From a bacterium (GTDB lineage: Bacteria > Sysuimicrobiota > Sysuimicrobiia > Sysuimicrobiales > Kaftiobacteriaceae), in NCBI GenBank assembly GCA_044868695.1, contig JBIOWP010000084.1, forward strand, positions 11,659 to 75,658: a DNA stretch of 64,000 nt, given 5' to 3'. The notes beneath the pieces were generated by a model that searched no databases, was not told the DNA's origin, and saw only the letters and a list, made by a program, of their open reading frames with translations. The translations under genes and the position numbers were made by a program. The first letter of the stretch is position 1; each line of letters starts with the position of its first letter. Shown piece after piece: positions 44,043 to 52,877 of the stretch.

Positions 44043-44201
44043 TCTCCCCCGCCCGCACAGAGTCAGCGGCACGTACCTGCGGGGGGCGGCAAGGCAGCGT
44101 GTCGTGCGCTATCCGCAAGCCTGTTCGACTCAGTTGAGAGGTTTTCCTCTATGAGACCAGAACTGCTACAAGTACCGCGTTCCAGGCGAGGTGGTTGACT
44201 G

Positions 44202-45335
44202 ATGCGGGTTACCGTGAGTGTGATCAAGGCGGACATCGGCGCTGTCGGCGGTCACACCGTTCCCAGCGCTGAAGTCCTCGGCGTGGTGCGCGACCGCGTC
44301 GCCCGCGAGCGCGGCCGGCTCCTCATCGACGCGTTCGTGTACCATACTGGCGATGACATCGCCATCCTCATGACCCACACGAAAGGCAGCGATCACCCAG
44401 CCGTCCATCAGCTGGCCTGGGACGCGTTCCGTGAAGCGACGGAGGTCGCCAAACGCCAGGGCCTGTACGGCGCGGGCCAGGACCTGTTGAAAGACGCGTT
44501 CTCGGGCAACGTCAAGGGATTGGGACCCGGCTCCGCTGAGATCGAGACTGAGGAGCGGCCCAACGAAGCGTTGATGATTCTCACCGCGGACAAGACGGAA
44601 CCCGGCGCGTTCAACCTGCCGCTGTATCTCGTCTTCGCCGATCCGATGTACTCGTCGGGGCTGCTGCTGTCGGAGTCCCTGCATGCCGGGTTTACTTTCC
44701 GCATCATGGACGTAGACTACACGGAAGGCGACCGGGTGATCACGCTGGAGGCTCCGGAGCGCCTCTACGACATCGCCGCGCTGCTGCGCGACACGCACCG
44801 GTATGTCGTGGAATCCATCTGGTCCCGGAAATACCCGAAGGAGCAGGCGGCTGCGGTCAGCACGTCCCGGCTGCGCAACATCGCGGGCAAGTACGTCGGC
44901 AAGGATGACCCGTGCGCGGTCGTACGGGTGCAGAAGATTTTCCCGGCGACGGAGGAATTCGGCCCCGCCTTTGCCCTGGGACAGTACGTGGCCGGCGATA
45001 CCCGCGGCAGCCACAACCTGCCGCTCATGCCGGTGCCGATGAACACCGCGGCATCGACGTTCTTCTGTTGCCCGATGGTCTGCGGCCTGGGATTCTCGAT
45101 GCACGAGGGGCGCCTCACCGAGCCCTCGGATCTGTTCGCCGATCCCTTCTGGAACGGGGTCCGAGACCACATCGCCCAGAAGGCGGTGGAAATGCGCAAG
45201 CAGGGTTTCTTTGGCCCGGCGATGCTGCCGATGTCGGAACTGGAATACGGCGGCATTGTGGCCCGCCTGCGCAGTCTGGAGCAGGAGTTCGTGATCAAGA
45301 AGGAAGCTGCCGGCGCGCCGGCGGGGTCGGACTAG
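44202..45335 (+). CDS. fbp: bifunctional fructose-1,6-bisphosphate aldolase/phosphatase (class V FBPase, archaeal type)
   Basis: 377 aa. N-terminus MRVTVSVIKADIGAVGGHTV is characteristic of FBP aldolase/phosphatase. Confidence 0.85.
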   Translation: MRVTVSVIKADIGAVGGHTVPSAEVLGVVRDRVARERGRLLIDAFVYHTGDDIAILMTHTKGSDHPAVHQLAWDAFREATEVAKRQGLYGAGQDLLKDAFSGNVKGLGPGSAEIETEERPNEALMILTADKTEPGAFNLPLYLVFADPMYSSGLLLSESLHAGFTFRIMDVDYTEGDRVITLEAPERLYDIAALLRDTHRYVVESIWSRKYPKEQAAAVSTSRLRNIAGKYVGKDDPCAVVRVQKIFPATEEFGPAFALGQYVAGDTRGSHNLPLMPVPMNTAASTFFCCPMVCGLGFSMHEGRLTEPSDLFADPFWNGVRDHIAQKAVEMRKQGFFGPAMLPMSELEYGGIVARLRSLEQEFVIKKEAAGAPAGSD

Positions 45336-45338
45336 CGA

Positions 45339-45360
45339 GAGTTGGAGAGTTGGAAAGGCC
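45339..45360. repeat. half-copy of the GAGTTGG repeat element (no inverted partner)
   Basis: gagagttggagagttggaaagg directly after the fbp stop. Related to the 42344..42421 element. Confidence 0.4.
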
Positions 45361-45361
45361 G

Positions 45362-45516
45362 TTAGTGGTTTTTCTCCCCGTCAGAACCCTTCTCTTCCTT
45401 CAGCACCGCGGTATCGAGGTAGCGGACCAGCGACGGTAGGTACTTCGGGATCAACGCGCCGACGACCACAAAAACCGCCAGGAGTCCAAGGAAGAGATAG
45501 ACGATGGCGAGTTCAT
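45362..45516 (-). CDS. small hypothetical membrane protein (51 aa), downstream of cca
   Basis: Minus-strand ORF MNELAIVYLFLGLLAVFVVVGALIPKYLPSLVRYLDTAVLKEEKGSDGEKNH with one TM helix and a GGGGTGA RBS-like upstream. Too short for the ORF track. May be spurious. Confidence 0.3.
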
Positions 45517-45526
45517 TCACGCCGTA

Positions 45527-46879
45527 TCACCCCGACGTTGACTTCCGCACCTGCCGGTTCGTTCCTTCCGCGGGAAACGCCGTGCGGATGAGAGCTACGG
45601 CCTCATCGCGCGTCCGGATCCGTCCCTCGAGCATGGCGTCCTCGATCGTCTCCAGGATGATCTTGAATTGAGGGCCGGGGCGGTACCCCAGGTCAATCAA
45701 GTCATCGCCGTTGATCAGGGGGCGTGGAGGCGGCGGCTCGATGGCTAGGCCCTGTAGCGCGTCCACCGCCCATTGATGCACGCTCAGGTCTCCATGGCTG
45801 GCCAGGCAGTCCGCGCGGTGCAGCTCCAGATGGTCGGCGGCGTCCGGTTGCAGCAGAAACCGCTTCGCCTTAGCGGGCCGCATCTTCGGCAGGTCTTTCA
45901 CCCGCAGATGGTTGGCGACCAGGTCGACGATCCGGTCGGTCTCCTCCCCCGAGAGGTGGAGGCGGCGGCAGACCGCTCCTGCCATCTCCGCCCCAACGGC
46001 GTCGTGTTCGTTGAAGCGGATCCGGTCCGTCCGTGACAACGTCGGGGGCTTGCCGATGTCGTGCAGCAAGGCGGCCATCGCGAGCGCCGGCGACGGGTCG
46101 CGCAGGTGTTCGACCGTCATGACGGTATGCGTGAAGACGTCGCCCTCGGGGTGAAATTCCGGCGGTTGCGGCACCCCGGCGGTCGCGGCGACTTCCGGGA
46201 GGATGATCCGGAGCAGGCCGGAGGCGTGGAGCGCCCTGAGGCCCCTCCCCCTTCCTGGGCAGGTCAGGAGGCGCAGGAGTTCGTCGCGGACGCGCTCTGC
46301 GCTGACCGCCGCGATGGCCGGGGCGTTTGCGGAGACGGCGCGGAGGGCCTCGGGATCGATCTCGAAGTCGAGCTCCGCCGCCAACCGGACCGCCCGCAGC
46401 ATCCGCAGCCGGTCTTCTGCAAATCGTTCGGTGGCCGTCCCAATGGTCCGGACGATCCGGGCGCGAATATCCGCTCTCCCGCCGACATAGTCGATCGTCT
46501 CACCCCGCACGGGATCGTGCAGCAGCCCGTTGATCGTAAAATCGCGTCGGGTGACGTCGGTCCGCGCGTCGACAAACTCCACCCGGCTGGGATGCCTGCC
46601 GTCCAGGTAGGGGCCTTCCGCCCGGAAGGTAGAGACATCGTAGCGATGCGAGTTGATCGTCACGACTACGACACCGAACTGGGCGCCGACTAGGATGGTC
46701 TGTTCAAACAGCGCGGCGACGTCGGACGGTCTGGCCTCGGTGGCGATATCGTAATCGTGCGGCTCCCGGCCCATCTCGAGGTCCCGGACGCATCCGCCTA
46801 CCCAGTACGCGGCAAACCCGGCGCCGCGCAGCCGGCGCACCACCTCCAGCGCGCCGTCGCGCAGGCTGAGCGCGCTCAC
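45527..46879 (-). CDS. cca: CCA tRNA nucleotidyltransferase with HD domain
   Basis: GTG at 46879 overlaps the ctpA stop (GTGA). PolyA-polymerase head domain (GGCVRD, DYD), HD domain HDIGK. The track ORF is over-extended to 47068. Confidence 0.85.
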   Translation of the reverse strand: MSALSLRDGALEVVRRLRGAGFAAYWVGGCVRDLEMGREPHDYDIATEARPSDVAALFEQTILVGAQFGVVVVTINSHRYDVSTFRAEGPYLDGRHPSRVEFVDARTDVTRRDFTINGLLHDPVRGETIDYVGGRADIRARIVRTIGTATERFAEDRLRMLRAVRLAAELDFEIDPEALRAVSANAPAIAAVSAERVRDELLRLLTCPGRGRGLRALHASGLLRIILPEVAATAGVPQPPEFHPEGDVFTHTVMTVEHLRDPSPALAMAALLHDIGKPPTLSRTDRIRFNEHDAVGAEMAGAVCRRLHLSGEETDRIVDLVANHLRVKDLPKMRPAKAKRFLLQPDAADHLELHRADCLASHGDLSVHQWAVDALQGLAIEPPPPRPLINGDDLIDLGYRPGPQFKIILETIEDAMLEGRIRTRDEAVALIRTAFPAEGTNRQVRKSTSG

Positions 46880-48207
46880 GGCCTGGTGCCGGTCCCGGCC
46901 GCCATGCGGGCCCTCAGCGCCGTGGTGGCTTCCAGCGCCTGCACGTCCGCCGCTCCCTGGATCTGCTCGTCGTCCATCGTGACGGGGACCTCCGGCTGCA
47001 GGCCCTGCCCGTCGATGGCCCGCCCGCGGCGTGTGAAGTAGCGGGCCGTGGTCAGCCGCAGTCCCCATCCTCCCCGCAGCGGGTAGATGGTCTGGACGGT
47101 GGCTTTGCCAAACGTGCGCCGTCCCACCAGCGGCGCGCCGGTATCCTGGAGGGCGCCGGCGACGATCTCCGAGGCGCTGGCCGTAAAGATGTTGGTGATC
47201 ACCACCACCGGCCCCGAGAAACGTCGCGCCTGCGGGATGATGGGGAGCGGGTTCAACGCTCCCCGCCGCTCTTCCATGGCGACGATGCCATCGGGCAGGA
47301 ACAGGCTGGCAATCGCGATCGCTTCGTCAAGGAGTCCCCCGCCGTTGTCCCGCAGGTCCAGCAACAGCGCCGCGGCCCCGGCGTCCGTCAGGCCGCCGAG
47401 CGCGCGGCGCACGTCGGTCGATGCCCCTTCGGAGAACTCCAGGAGCCGCAGGTACCCAATGCGCGGGTCCACCATTTTTGCGCGGACCGGGGTCTCGCGC
47501 GCCGCTTCGCGCGTCAGGGACAGGCGGACGACACCGCCGGCTGCCCTGCGGACGACGATCACCACTAGGCTGCCCGTGTCCCCGCGCAGGCGGTCCATCA
47601 CGTGATCGGGGGTGCTGCCCGTGGTGGGCCGGCCGTCGACTTCAACGATGACGTCCCCGGCCCGCAGACCTGCGCGGGCGGCAGGCCCCCTCGCCGTCAC
47701 GTCGGCAAGAATAATCTCGCCTCGCACCGCGTCGACCTGCGCGCCGATGCCGGTGTGTTCCCCGCGCAGTTCGCGATGATACCGGGTGAACTCGATCGGT
47801 GGAAACACCGCTCCCTGGAGGTCGCTTCCGGTGCGCACCATGCCCCGCAGCACGGATGCCATGATGCGGTCGGTATCGCGGGGTGCGGCGGCGAGCACCG
47901 CCTGGACGTAGGCGACCACGACGGCGAGGTCCCGGGCCTCCTGCCCGGTCACGACCGGCAGGGGCGGCGGATCTGCGACGCCCGAGGAGATCACGGCGAG
48001 ATGCGCGGACAGGACTGTCTGATGAAGGAGGGTTAGCAGGTCGGGTGGACGCAGCGCGTCGTCCCGGATGGCCTCGTAGATTTCCCTGATCAGTCCTTCG
48101 GCCAGATCGGGGGGAACATCCGCAGCCAGCGGACTCGGCCACCCTGCCGCGATCAGGACCGCGACCAGCAGGGCGACACGGCGGGACCGGCGATGTCCCG
48201 TTACCAC
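46876..48207 (-). CDS. ctpA: S41-family carboxyl-terminal processing protease with PDZ domain
   Basis: 443 aa. N-terminal TM/signal segment, PDZ domain, S41 catalytic region (GGG..GTASASEI). Confidence 0.85.
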   Translation of the reverse strand: MVTGHRRSRRVALLVAVLIAAGWPSPLAADVPPDLAEGLIREIYEAIRDDALRPPDLLTLLHQTVLSAHLAVISSGVADPPPLPVVTGQEARDLAVVVAYVQAVLAAAPRDTDRIMASVLRGMVRTGSDLQGAVFPPIEFTRYHRELRGEHTGIGAQVDAVRGEIILADVTARGPAARAGLRAGDVIVEVDGRPTTGSTPDHVMDRLRGDTGSLVVIVVRRAAGGVVRLSLTREAARETPVRAKMVDPRIGYLRLLEFSEGASTDVRRALGGLTDAGAAALLLDLRDNGGGLLDEAIAIASLFLPDGIVAMEERRGALNPLPIIPQARRFSGPVVVITNIFTASASEIVAGALQDTGAPLVGRRTFGKATVQTIYPLRGGWGLRLTTARYFTRRGRAIDGQGLQPEVPVTMDDEQIQGAADVQALEATTALRARMAAGTGTRP

Positions 48208-48228
48208 ACCTCTATTGTATCGGGTTGG

Positions 48229-49335
48229 CTAGGCGTAGACTCGGGCAGGCAGCCGTACGTGGGTGATCGTCCCGCCGCCGAGCACGAGGGCGCCGTCGTA
48301 GAACGCGATCGCCTGCCCGGTAGACGGCGCCCGCTGCGGCTGAGCGAACCGCACCGTCACCTCTCCCCGGTGTTCGGTCGGCTGCAGGCTCGCATCGACG
48401 TCCTGGGCGGCGTGCCGCACGCGCGCGGTCGCCCCCCGGGGGTGATCGAGCGCGTCAATGCCGATCCAGTTGAGCGCCGACACAGTCAGTTCCTCGCAGA
48501 AGAGATCCCGCTCGTCCCCGATGATGACCGCGTTGCGTTGTGGGTCGATCCCCACCACGTACCGCGGCGCGCCGGCGGAGAGGCCCAGGCCGCGGCGCTG
48601 ACCGACGGTATAGCGGGCAATCCCCTGGTGCTCCCCCAGCACGCGTCCGTCCGTATCGAGAATCTGACCGGGCCGCAGCGCCTCAGGGTGGAACCGGGCT
48701 ACGACATCGGCGTACGATCCCCTGGGCACGAAGCAGATTTCCTGACTGTCCGGTTTGTCCGCGACCGGGAGCGCGAACGTCCGCGCCAGATCGCGGATGC
48801 GCGCTTTCGTGTGGATCCCCGTGGGAAAGCGAACACGGCCCAACTGGTCCTGCGTGAGGCCGTACAGCACATACGACTGGTCTTTCCGGCCATCCACCGC
48901 GCGCAGGAGCAGGTACCGTCCGGAGGTCTCATCACGGGCCACGCGCGCGTAGTGGCCGGTGGCCACCCCGTCCAGGCCGAGCGCGGTGACTTTCCGCAGG
49001 AGGAGGGAGAACTTTATCGCCTGGTTGCACGCGACACACGGGTTGGGGGTCCTGCCCAGCGCGTACTCGTCGGCAAAATAGCCGATGACCGACTGCTCGA
49101 ACTCCTCGCGCATGTTGAGGACGTAGTGCCGGATCCCCAATTGCCGGGCCACGGCGCGGGCGTCGTCGATCGCCGACATGCCGCAGCAGGCCTTAAAGGC
49201 GTCGTCGGGCTCGGGCAGCCAGTCCGGCCACAGGTTCATGGTGAGGCCGACCACCTCGTGTCCCTCGGCCGCCAGCAGCGCCGCGGCGACTGAACTGTCA
49301 ACTCCGCCGCTCATCGCGACGGCCCACGTGCCCAC
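48229..49335 (-). CDS. mnmA: tRNA 2-thiouridine(34) synthase
   Basis: GTG at 49335 preceded by GAGGGGG. AVAMSGGVDSSVAA PP-loop, catalytic Cys residues. Confidence 0.9.
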   Translation of the reverse strand: MGTWAVAMSGGVDSSVAAALLAAEGHEVVGLTMNLWPDWLPEPDDAFKACCGMSAIDDARAVARQLGIRHYVLNMREEFEQSVIGYFADEYALGRTPNPCVACNQAIKFSLLLRKVTALGLDGVATGHYARVARDETSGRYLLLRAVDGRKDQSYVLYGLTQDQLGRVRFPTGIHTKARIRDLARTFALPVADKPDSQEICFVPRGSYADVVARFHPEALRPGQILDTDGRVLGEHQGIARYTVGQRRGLGLSAGAPRYVVGIDPQRNAVIIGDERDLFCEELTVSALNWIGIDALDHPRGATARVRHAAQDVDASLQPTEHRGEVTVRFAQPQRAPSTGQAIAFYDGALVLGGGTITHVRLPARVYA

Positions 49336-49394
49336 ACAGGACCCCCTCGCTCGACCAAATCGCGTCCATGATAGCAACTGCGCGGATGCTATGT

Positions 49395-50738
49395 CTACTC
49401 GGGGGTGTAGCGTTTCACGCCCTTCCACCACGCCCGCAGCCGGCGGCGGACCTCGGCTTCCAGGCCGTGCTCGGTCGGGTCGTAGTAGATACGGCCCGCC
49501 ACATTGGCCGGAAGGTATTCCTGGGGGGTGAAACTGTCAGGATAGTCGTGGGCGTATTTGTAACCTTCGCCGTGCCCAAGCTGGCGGACGGCCTGCGGGT
49601 GGCTGGTATCCCTGAGATGGATTGGAACGGGATCGGCGCGCCGTTCCTCGACGTCGCGCATCGCTGCGCCGATGGCCCGGACGACGGCATTGCTTTTCGG
49701 GGCGGAGGCGATGTAAATGGCCGCCTCGGCCATGGGGATCTGCGCTTCCGGCAGTCCCACATACTCCACCGCGTGCGCCGCGGACGTGGCGACCACCAGA
49801 GCCATTGGATCCGCCATCCCGACGTCCTCCGCCGCGTGCACTACCATCCGGCGGGCGATGTAGCGCGGGTCCTCACCGGCCGCCAGCATCCGGGCCAGCC
49901 AGTACACGGCGGCATCGGGATCTGAGCCCCGCATGCTCTTAATGAAGGCCGACACGTGATCGTAATGCGCGTCGCCCTCCCGGTCGTACACCAGGGCGCG
50001 ACGCTGGGTGATTTCCTCAATCGCCTGCCGGCCCACCCGGCGGCCACCTGACCCGTCCGGCGGCGAGGTCATGACAGCCATCTCCAGCGTGTTCAGCGCG
50101 GCCCGCGCATCGCCGTTGCTGATGAGGACCAGGTGGGCCAGGGCGTCCTCATCCACCTGCGGCCGGTATCCGCCCAGGCCCCGTTCTCCGTCGGAGAGCG
50201 CACGCGCCAGGATCAGCCGGACCTCCTCATCCCGCAGCGGCTCCAGCCGGAGTACCCTGGAGCGCGACACTAGGGTGGAGTTGACTTCGAAGAATGGGTT
50301 TTCGGTCGTGGCGCCGATGAGAATCACCGTACCGGCCTCCACGTGGGGCAGCAGCACGTCCTGCTGCGCCTTGTTGAACCTGTGGATTTCATCGATGAAG
50401 AGAATCGTCCGCGTCCCATGCAGCGCCTGCCGTTCCTGGGCGCGGGCGATGACCCGTTTGAGGTCTGCGACGCCGGCCGTGACGGCGTTCACCTGCTCGA
50501 CCTCCGAGCGGGTGGCCTGCGCGATGACATGCGCGAGCGACGTCTTGCCGGTTCCGGGGGGTCCGTACAGGATCAGCGAGGACAGCTCGTCGCGCTCGAT
50601 CGCGCGCCGCAGGACGCGATCCGCGCCGACCAGGTGGCTCTGCCCGACGAACTCATCGAGCGTCCGCGGCCGCATCCGCGCCGCCAGCGGCGCCTGGGCG
50701 GCGGTCCGCTGGGCTGCGCTCTGCCGGAATAGCTCCAC
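49395..50738 (-). CDS. rarA: replication-associated recombination protein A (AAA+ ATPase)
   Basis: 447 aa. GPPGTGKTS Walker A, MgsA C-terminal domain. Confidence 0.9.
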   Translation of the reverse strand: MELFRQSAAQRTAAQAPLAARMRPRTLDEFVGQSHLVGADRVLRRAIERDELSSLILYGPPGTGKTSLAHVIAQATRSEVEQVNAVTAGVADLKRVIARAQERQALHGTRTILFIDEIHRFNKAQQDVLLPHVEAGTVILIGATTENPFFEVNSTLVSRSRVLRLEPLRDEEVRLILARALSDGERGLGGYRPQVDEDALAHLVLISNGDARAALNTLEMAVMTSPPDGSGGRRVGRQAIEEITQRRALVYDREGDAHYDHVSAFIKSMRGSDPDAAVYWLARMLAAGEDPRYIARRMVVHAAEDVGMADPMALVVATSAAHAVEYVGLPEAQIPMAEAAIYIASAPKSNAVVRAIGAAMRDVEERRADPVPIHLRDTSHPQAVRQLGHGEGYKYAHDYPDSFTPQEYLPANVAGRIYYDPTEHGLEAEVRRRLRAWWKGVKRYTPE

Positions 50739-50968
50739 CTGTCTCCTCCCCCCGCCTCAGTCCCGGCGGCCATCCAGGCCGCCGCCTCGATGGTAGCATA
50801 CTCGAGCGGGGCCGGGCTGGAGCGGTCGCCCGCGGGTCGGGAGAGCGGAAAAGCCGCATCAGGACTGGGAAATCTTGAGGTCAGAGGTCGGCAGAAGCAG
50901 GAAAATCAGGCCTGGCGCGGAAATTCCGCATCCGAACGAAATTCGACGCTGCCTCAGGAGGGGTATCA

Positions 50969-51259
50969 ATGGCCAAAGCGATGACGAAGGCGAAGGTTGC
51001 CGACTACCTGGCCGGCAAGCTGGACATCTCCAAGAAGCAAGCCGCCACGTTCCTGGAGGAATTGGCCCAGCTCGCCTACCGGGAGGCGAAGAACGCGTTT
51101 ACCCTTCCCGGGCTGGGCAAGCTCGTGCTGGTGAATCGCAAGGCGCGCATGGGCCGCAACCCGCAGACCGGTGAACCGATCCGCATCCCGGCCAAGCGGG
51201 TGGTCAGGTTCCGTGTGGCCAAGGCTGCGAAGGACGCGATTCTCGGCAACAGCAAGTAG
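50969..51259 (+). CDS. hup: HU-family DNA-binding protein
   Basis: 96 aa. GRNPQTGEPIRIPAKRVVRFRVAKA beta-arm region. AGGAGGGG RBS. Confidence 0.9.
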   Translation: MAKAMTKAKVADYLAGKLDISKKQAATFLEELAQLAYREAKNAFTLPGLGKLVLVNRKARMGRNPQTGEPIRIPAKRVVRFRVAKAAKDAILGNSK

Positions 51260-51284
51260 CGGGTTGGCCTTCTTCCGATAGCGC

Positions 51285-51317
51285 GCGAGCGGGACGTAGG
51301 GTCTACGTCCCGCTCGT
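51285..51317. terminator. strong stem-loop after hup, at the far 3' end of the convergent aspS transcript
   Basis: Perfect 13-bp stem GAGCGGGACGTAG / CTACGTCCCGCTC with a 3-5 nt loop. Followed on the plus strand by gtcacatttcccc (weak T tract). Confidence 0.5.
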
Positions 51318-51542
51318 CACATTTCCCCGCCGTGCCGTGAGGCAGAAGTTCCCGAACCTGCACTAAGCAGGTGGGTGCCCTCCTGGCCGCTCCTGAGATC
51401 CCCGACGTGATGGGGCGTGTCATCGGCGGTCAGAGCCCGGGCTCCCAGTGTATTCGGTGTTGGATCGGAACTATCGGCCCACACGCACACGGCAGGAACC
51501 CTGCTTACGGCCATCGTACGCCCCAGGGCACGAAATTGCAAT

Positions 51543-52877
51543 CTAGGGGTGGAGTCTGGTGGGTCCCCGGTAGATGTAGGTCACCTCGCGGATGCTGGGC
51601 CGGTTGAGCAGGACCATCAGCATACGGCTCAATCCGAACCCGAATCCCCCGTGCGGCGGACACCCATATTTGAAGAAGTCCAGATAGAACTGGATCGGCT
51701 CCAGGCTCAGCCCCGCCTCTTTCGCCTGCGCCACGAGCACGTCGTACCGGTGCTCGCGCTGCGCGCCGGTGCTCATCTCGATGCCGTTCCACAGGAGGTC
51801 GAAGCTCTTGGTGGTCGCCGGCGCGTGGTCGTACCGCATGTGGTAGAAGGCTCTCACAGCGGCCGGGTAGTCGGTGACAAACACGAACTGGTGCCCGAGT
51901 TCCAGGGCGGCGTACTCGCCGATCATCCGCTCCCCGGCCGGGTCGAGGTCGCCCCTGCGCTCCGGCGTGTGCCCGCGCAGGGCGACGATGCGCAGGACCT
52001 CATCCATCGGGATGCGCGGAAACGGGATCTCCGGCACGATGACCTCGGCACCGAACGCCTCCCGGATCTGTGGGCCGAACTCCTCCCGCACGCGCCCCAG
52101 CGCATGCTGCAGCCAGCGTTCTTTGAAGGCCATCACATCCTCATGCGACTCGATCCATGACATCTCCATGTCCACACTGGTGAACTCCGTGGCATGGCGC
52201 GGGGTGAACGACGGGTCGGCGCGGAACGCCGGTCCGATCTCGAAGACACGATCGAACCCGGCGGCCATCGCCATCTGTTTGTAGAATTGCGGGGATTGCG
52301 CCAGATAGGCCGGGCGTCCGAAGTAGTCGAGCGTGAACAACTCGGCTCCCGACTCACTGGCGCTGCCCATCAGCTTCGGCGAGTGGATCTCGATGAACCC
52401 CTCATGGATCCAGAATTCCCGCATCGCGTGCTCGACGGCCGTCTGGACGCGGAAGATGAGCAGATTCTCGGGGTGGCGCAGGTCGAGCATCCGCCAGTTG
52501 AGCCGGACCTCCGGATTTGATTCCTGGGGGCCGGACACGTCAAGCGGGAGCAGGCGGTCGGCCAGTCCCTCGACCCGCAGGTCTCGGATGGCGATCTCGA
52601 CCCCGCCGGTCTTGACGATTGGGTTCTCGACCACCGTGCCGGTCACCGTCACCGCCGACTCGCGGGTGAGGGATGCGATGGTGTTGTTGATGGCGCTCTT
52701 CCCTGGGCTGCGCTCGGTGGTCGCCTGGGCCAGTCCCGTATGGTCGCGGAGGATAAGGAACTGCACGCGTTTCTGGTCCCGGATGGTCCTGACCCACCCG
52801 CAGACTTTCACCTCGCGCCCGACATGCGAGCGGAGGTCTCTGATGAGGGTGCGCCCCATGGCCGGCATCCCGCTCAC
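51543..52877 (-). CDS. aspS: aspartate--tRNA ligase, archaeal/eukaryotic type (class IIb)
   Basis: 444 aa. FEIGPAFRADPSFTPRHATEFTSVDMEMSW and GGFGFGLSRM motifs. Downstream of hisS as in Bacillus. True start is probably the Met at residue 7. Confidence 0.85.
   Translation of the reverse strand: MSGMPAMGRTLIRDLRSHVGREVKVCGWVRTIRDQKRVQFLILRDHTGLAQATTERSPGKSAINNTIASLTRESAVTVTGTVVENPIVKTGGVEIAIRDLRVEGLADRLLPLDVSGPQESNPEVRLNWRMLDLRHPENLLIFRVQTAVEHAMREFWIHEGFIEIHSPKLMGSASESGAELFTLDYFGRPAYLAQSPQFYKQMAMAAGFDRVFEIGPAFRADPSFTPRHATEFTSVDMEMSWIESHEDVMAFKERWLQHALGRVREEFGPQIREAFGAEVIVPEIPFPRIPMDEVLRIVALRGHTPERRGDLDPAGERMIGEYAALELGHQFVFVTDYPAAVRAFYHMRYDHAPATTKSFDLLWNGIEMSTGAQREHRYDVLVAQAKEAGLSLEPIQFYLDFFKYGCPPHGGFGFGLSRMLMVLLNRPSIREVTYIYRGPTRLHP

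Noticed and set aside
51260-51542. tRNA or other structured RNA gene in the hup-aspS gap
   Set aside because: No cloverleaf could be built. There is no GTTCGAATC-type T-loop with matching acceptor stem. Only the terminal hairpin is convincing.
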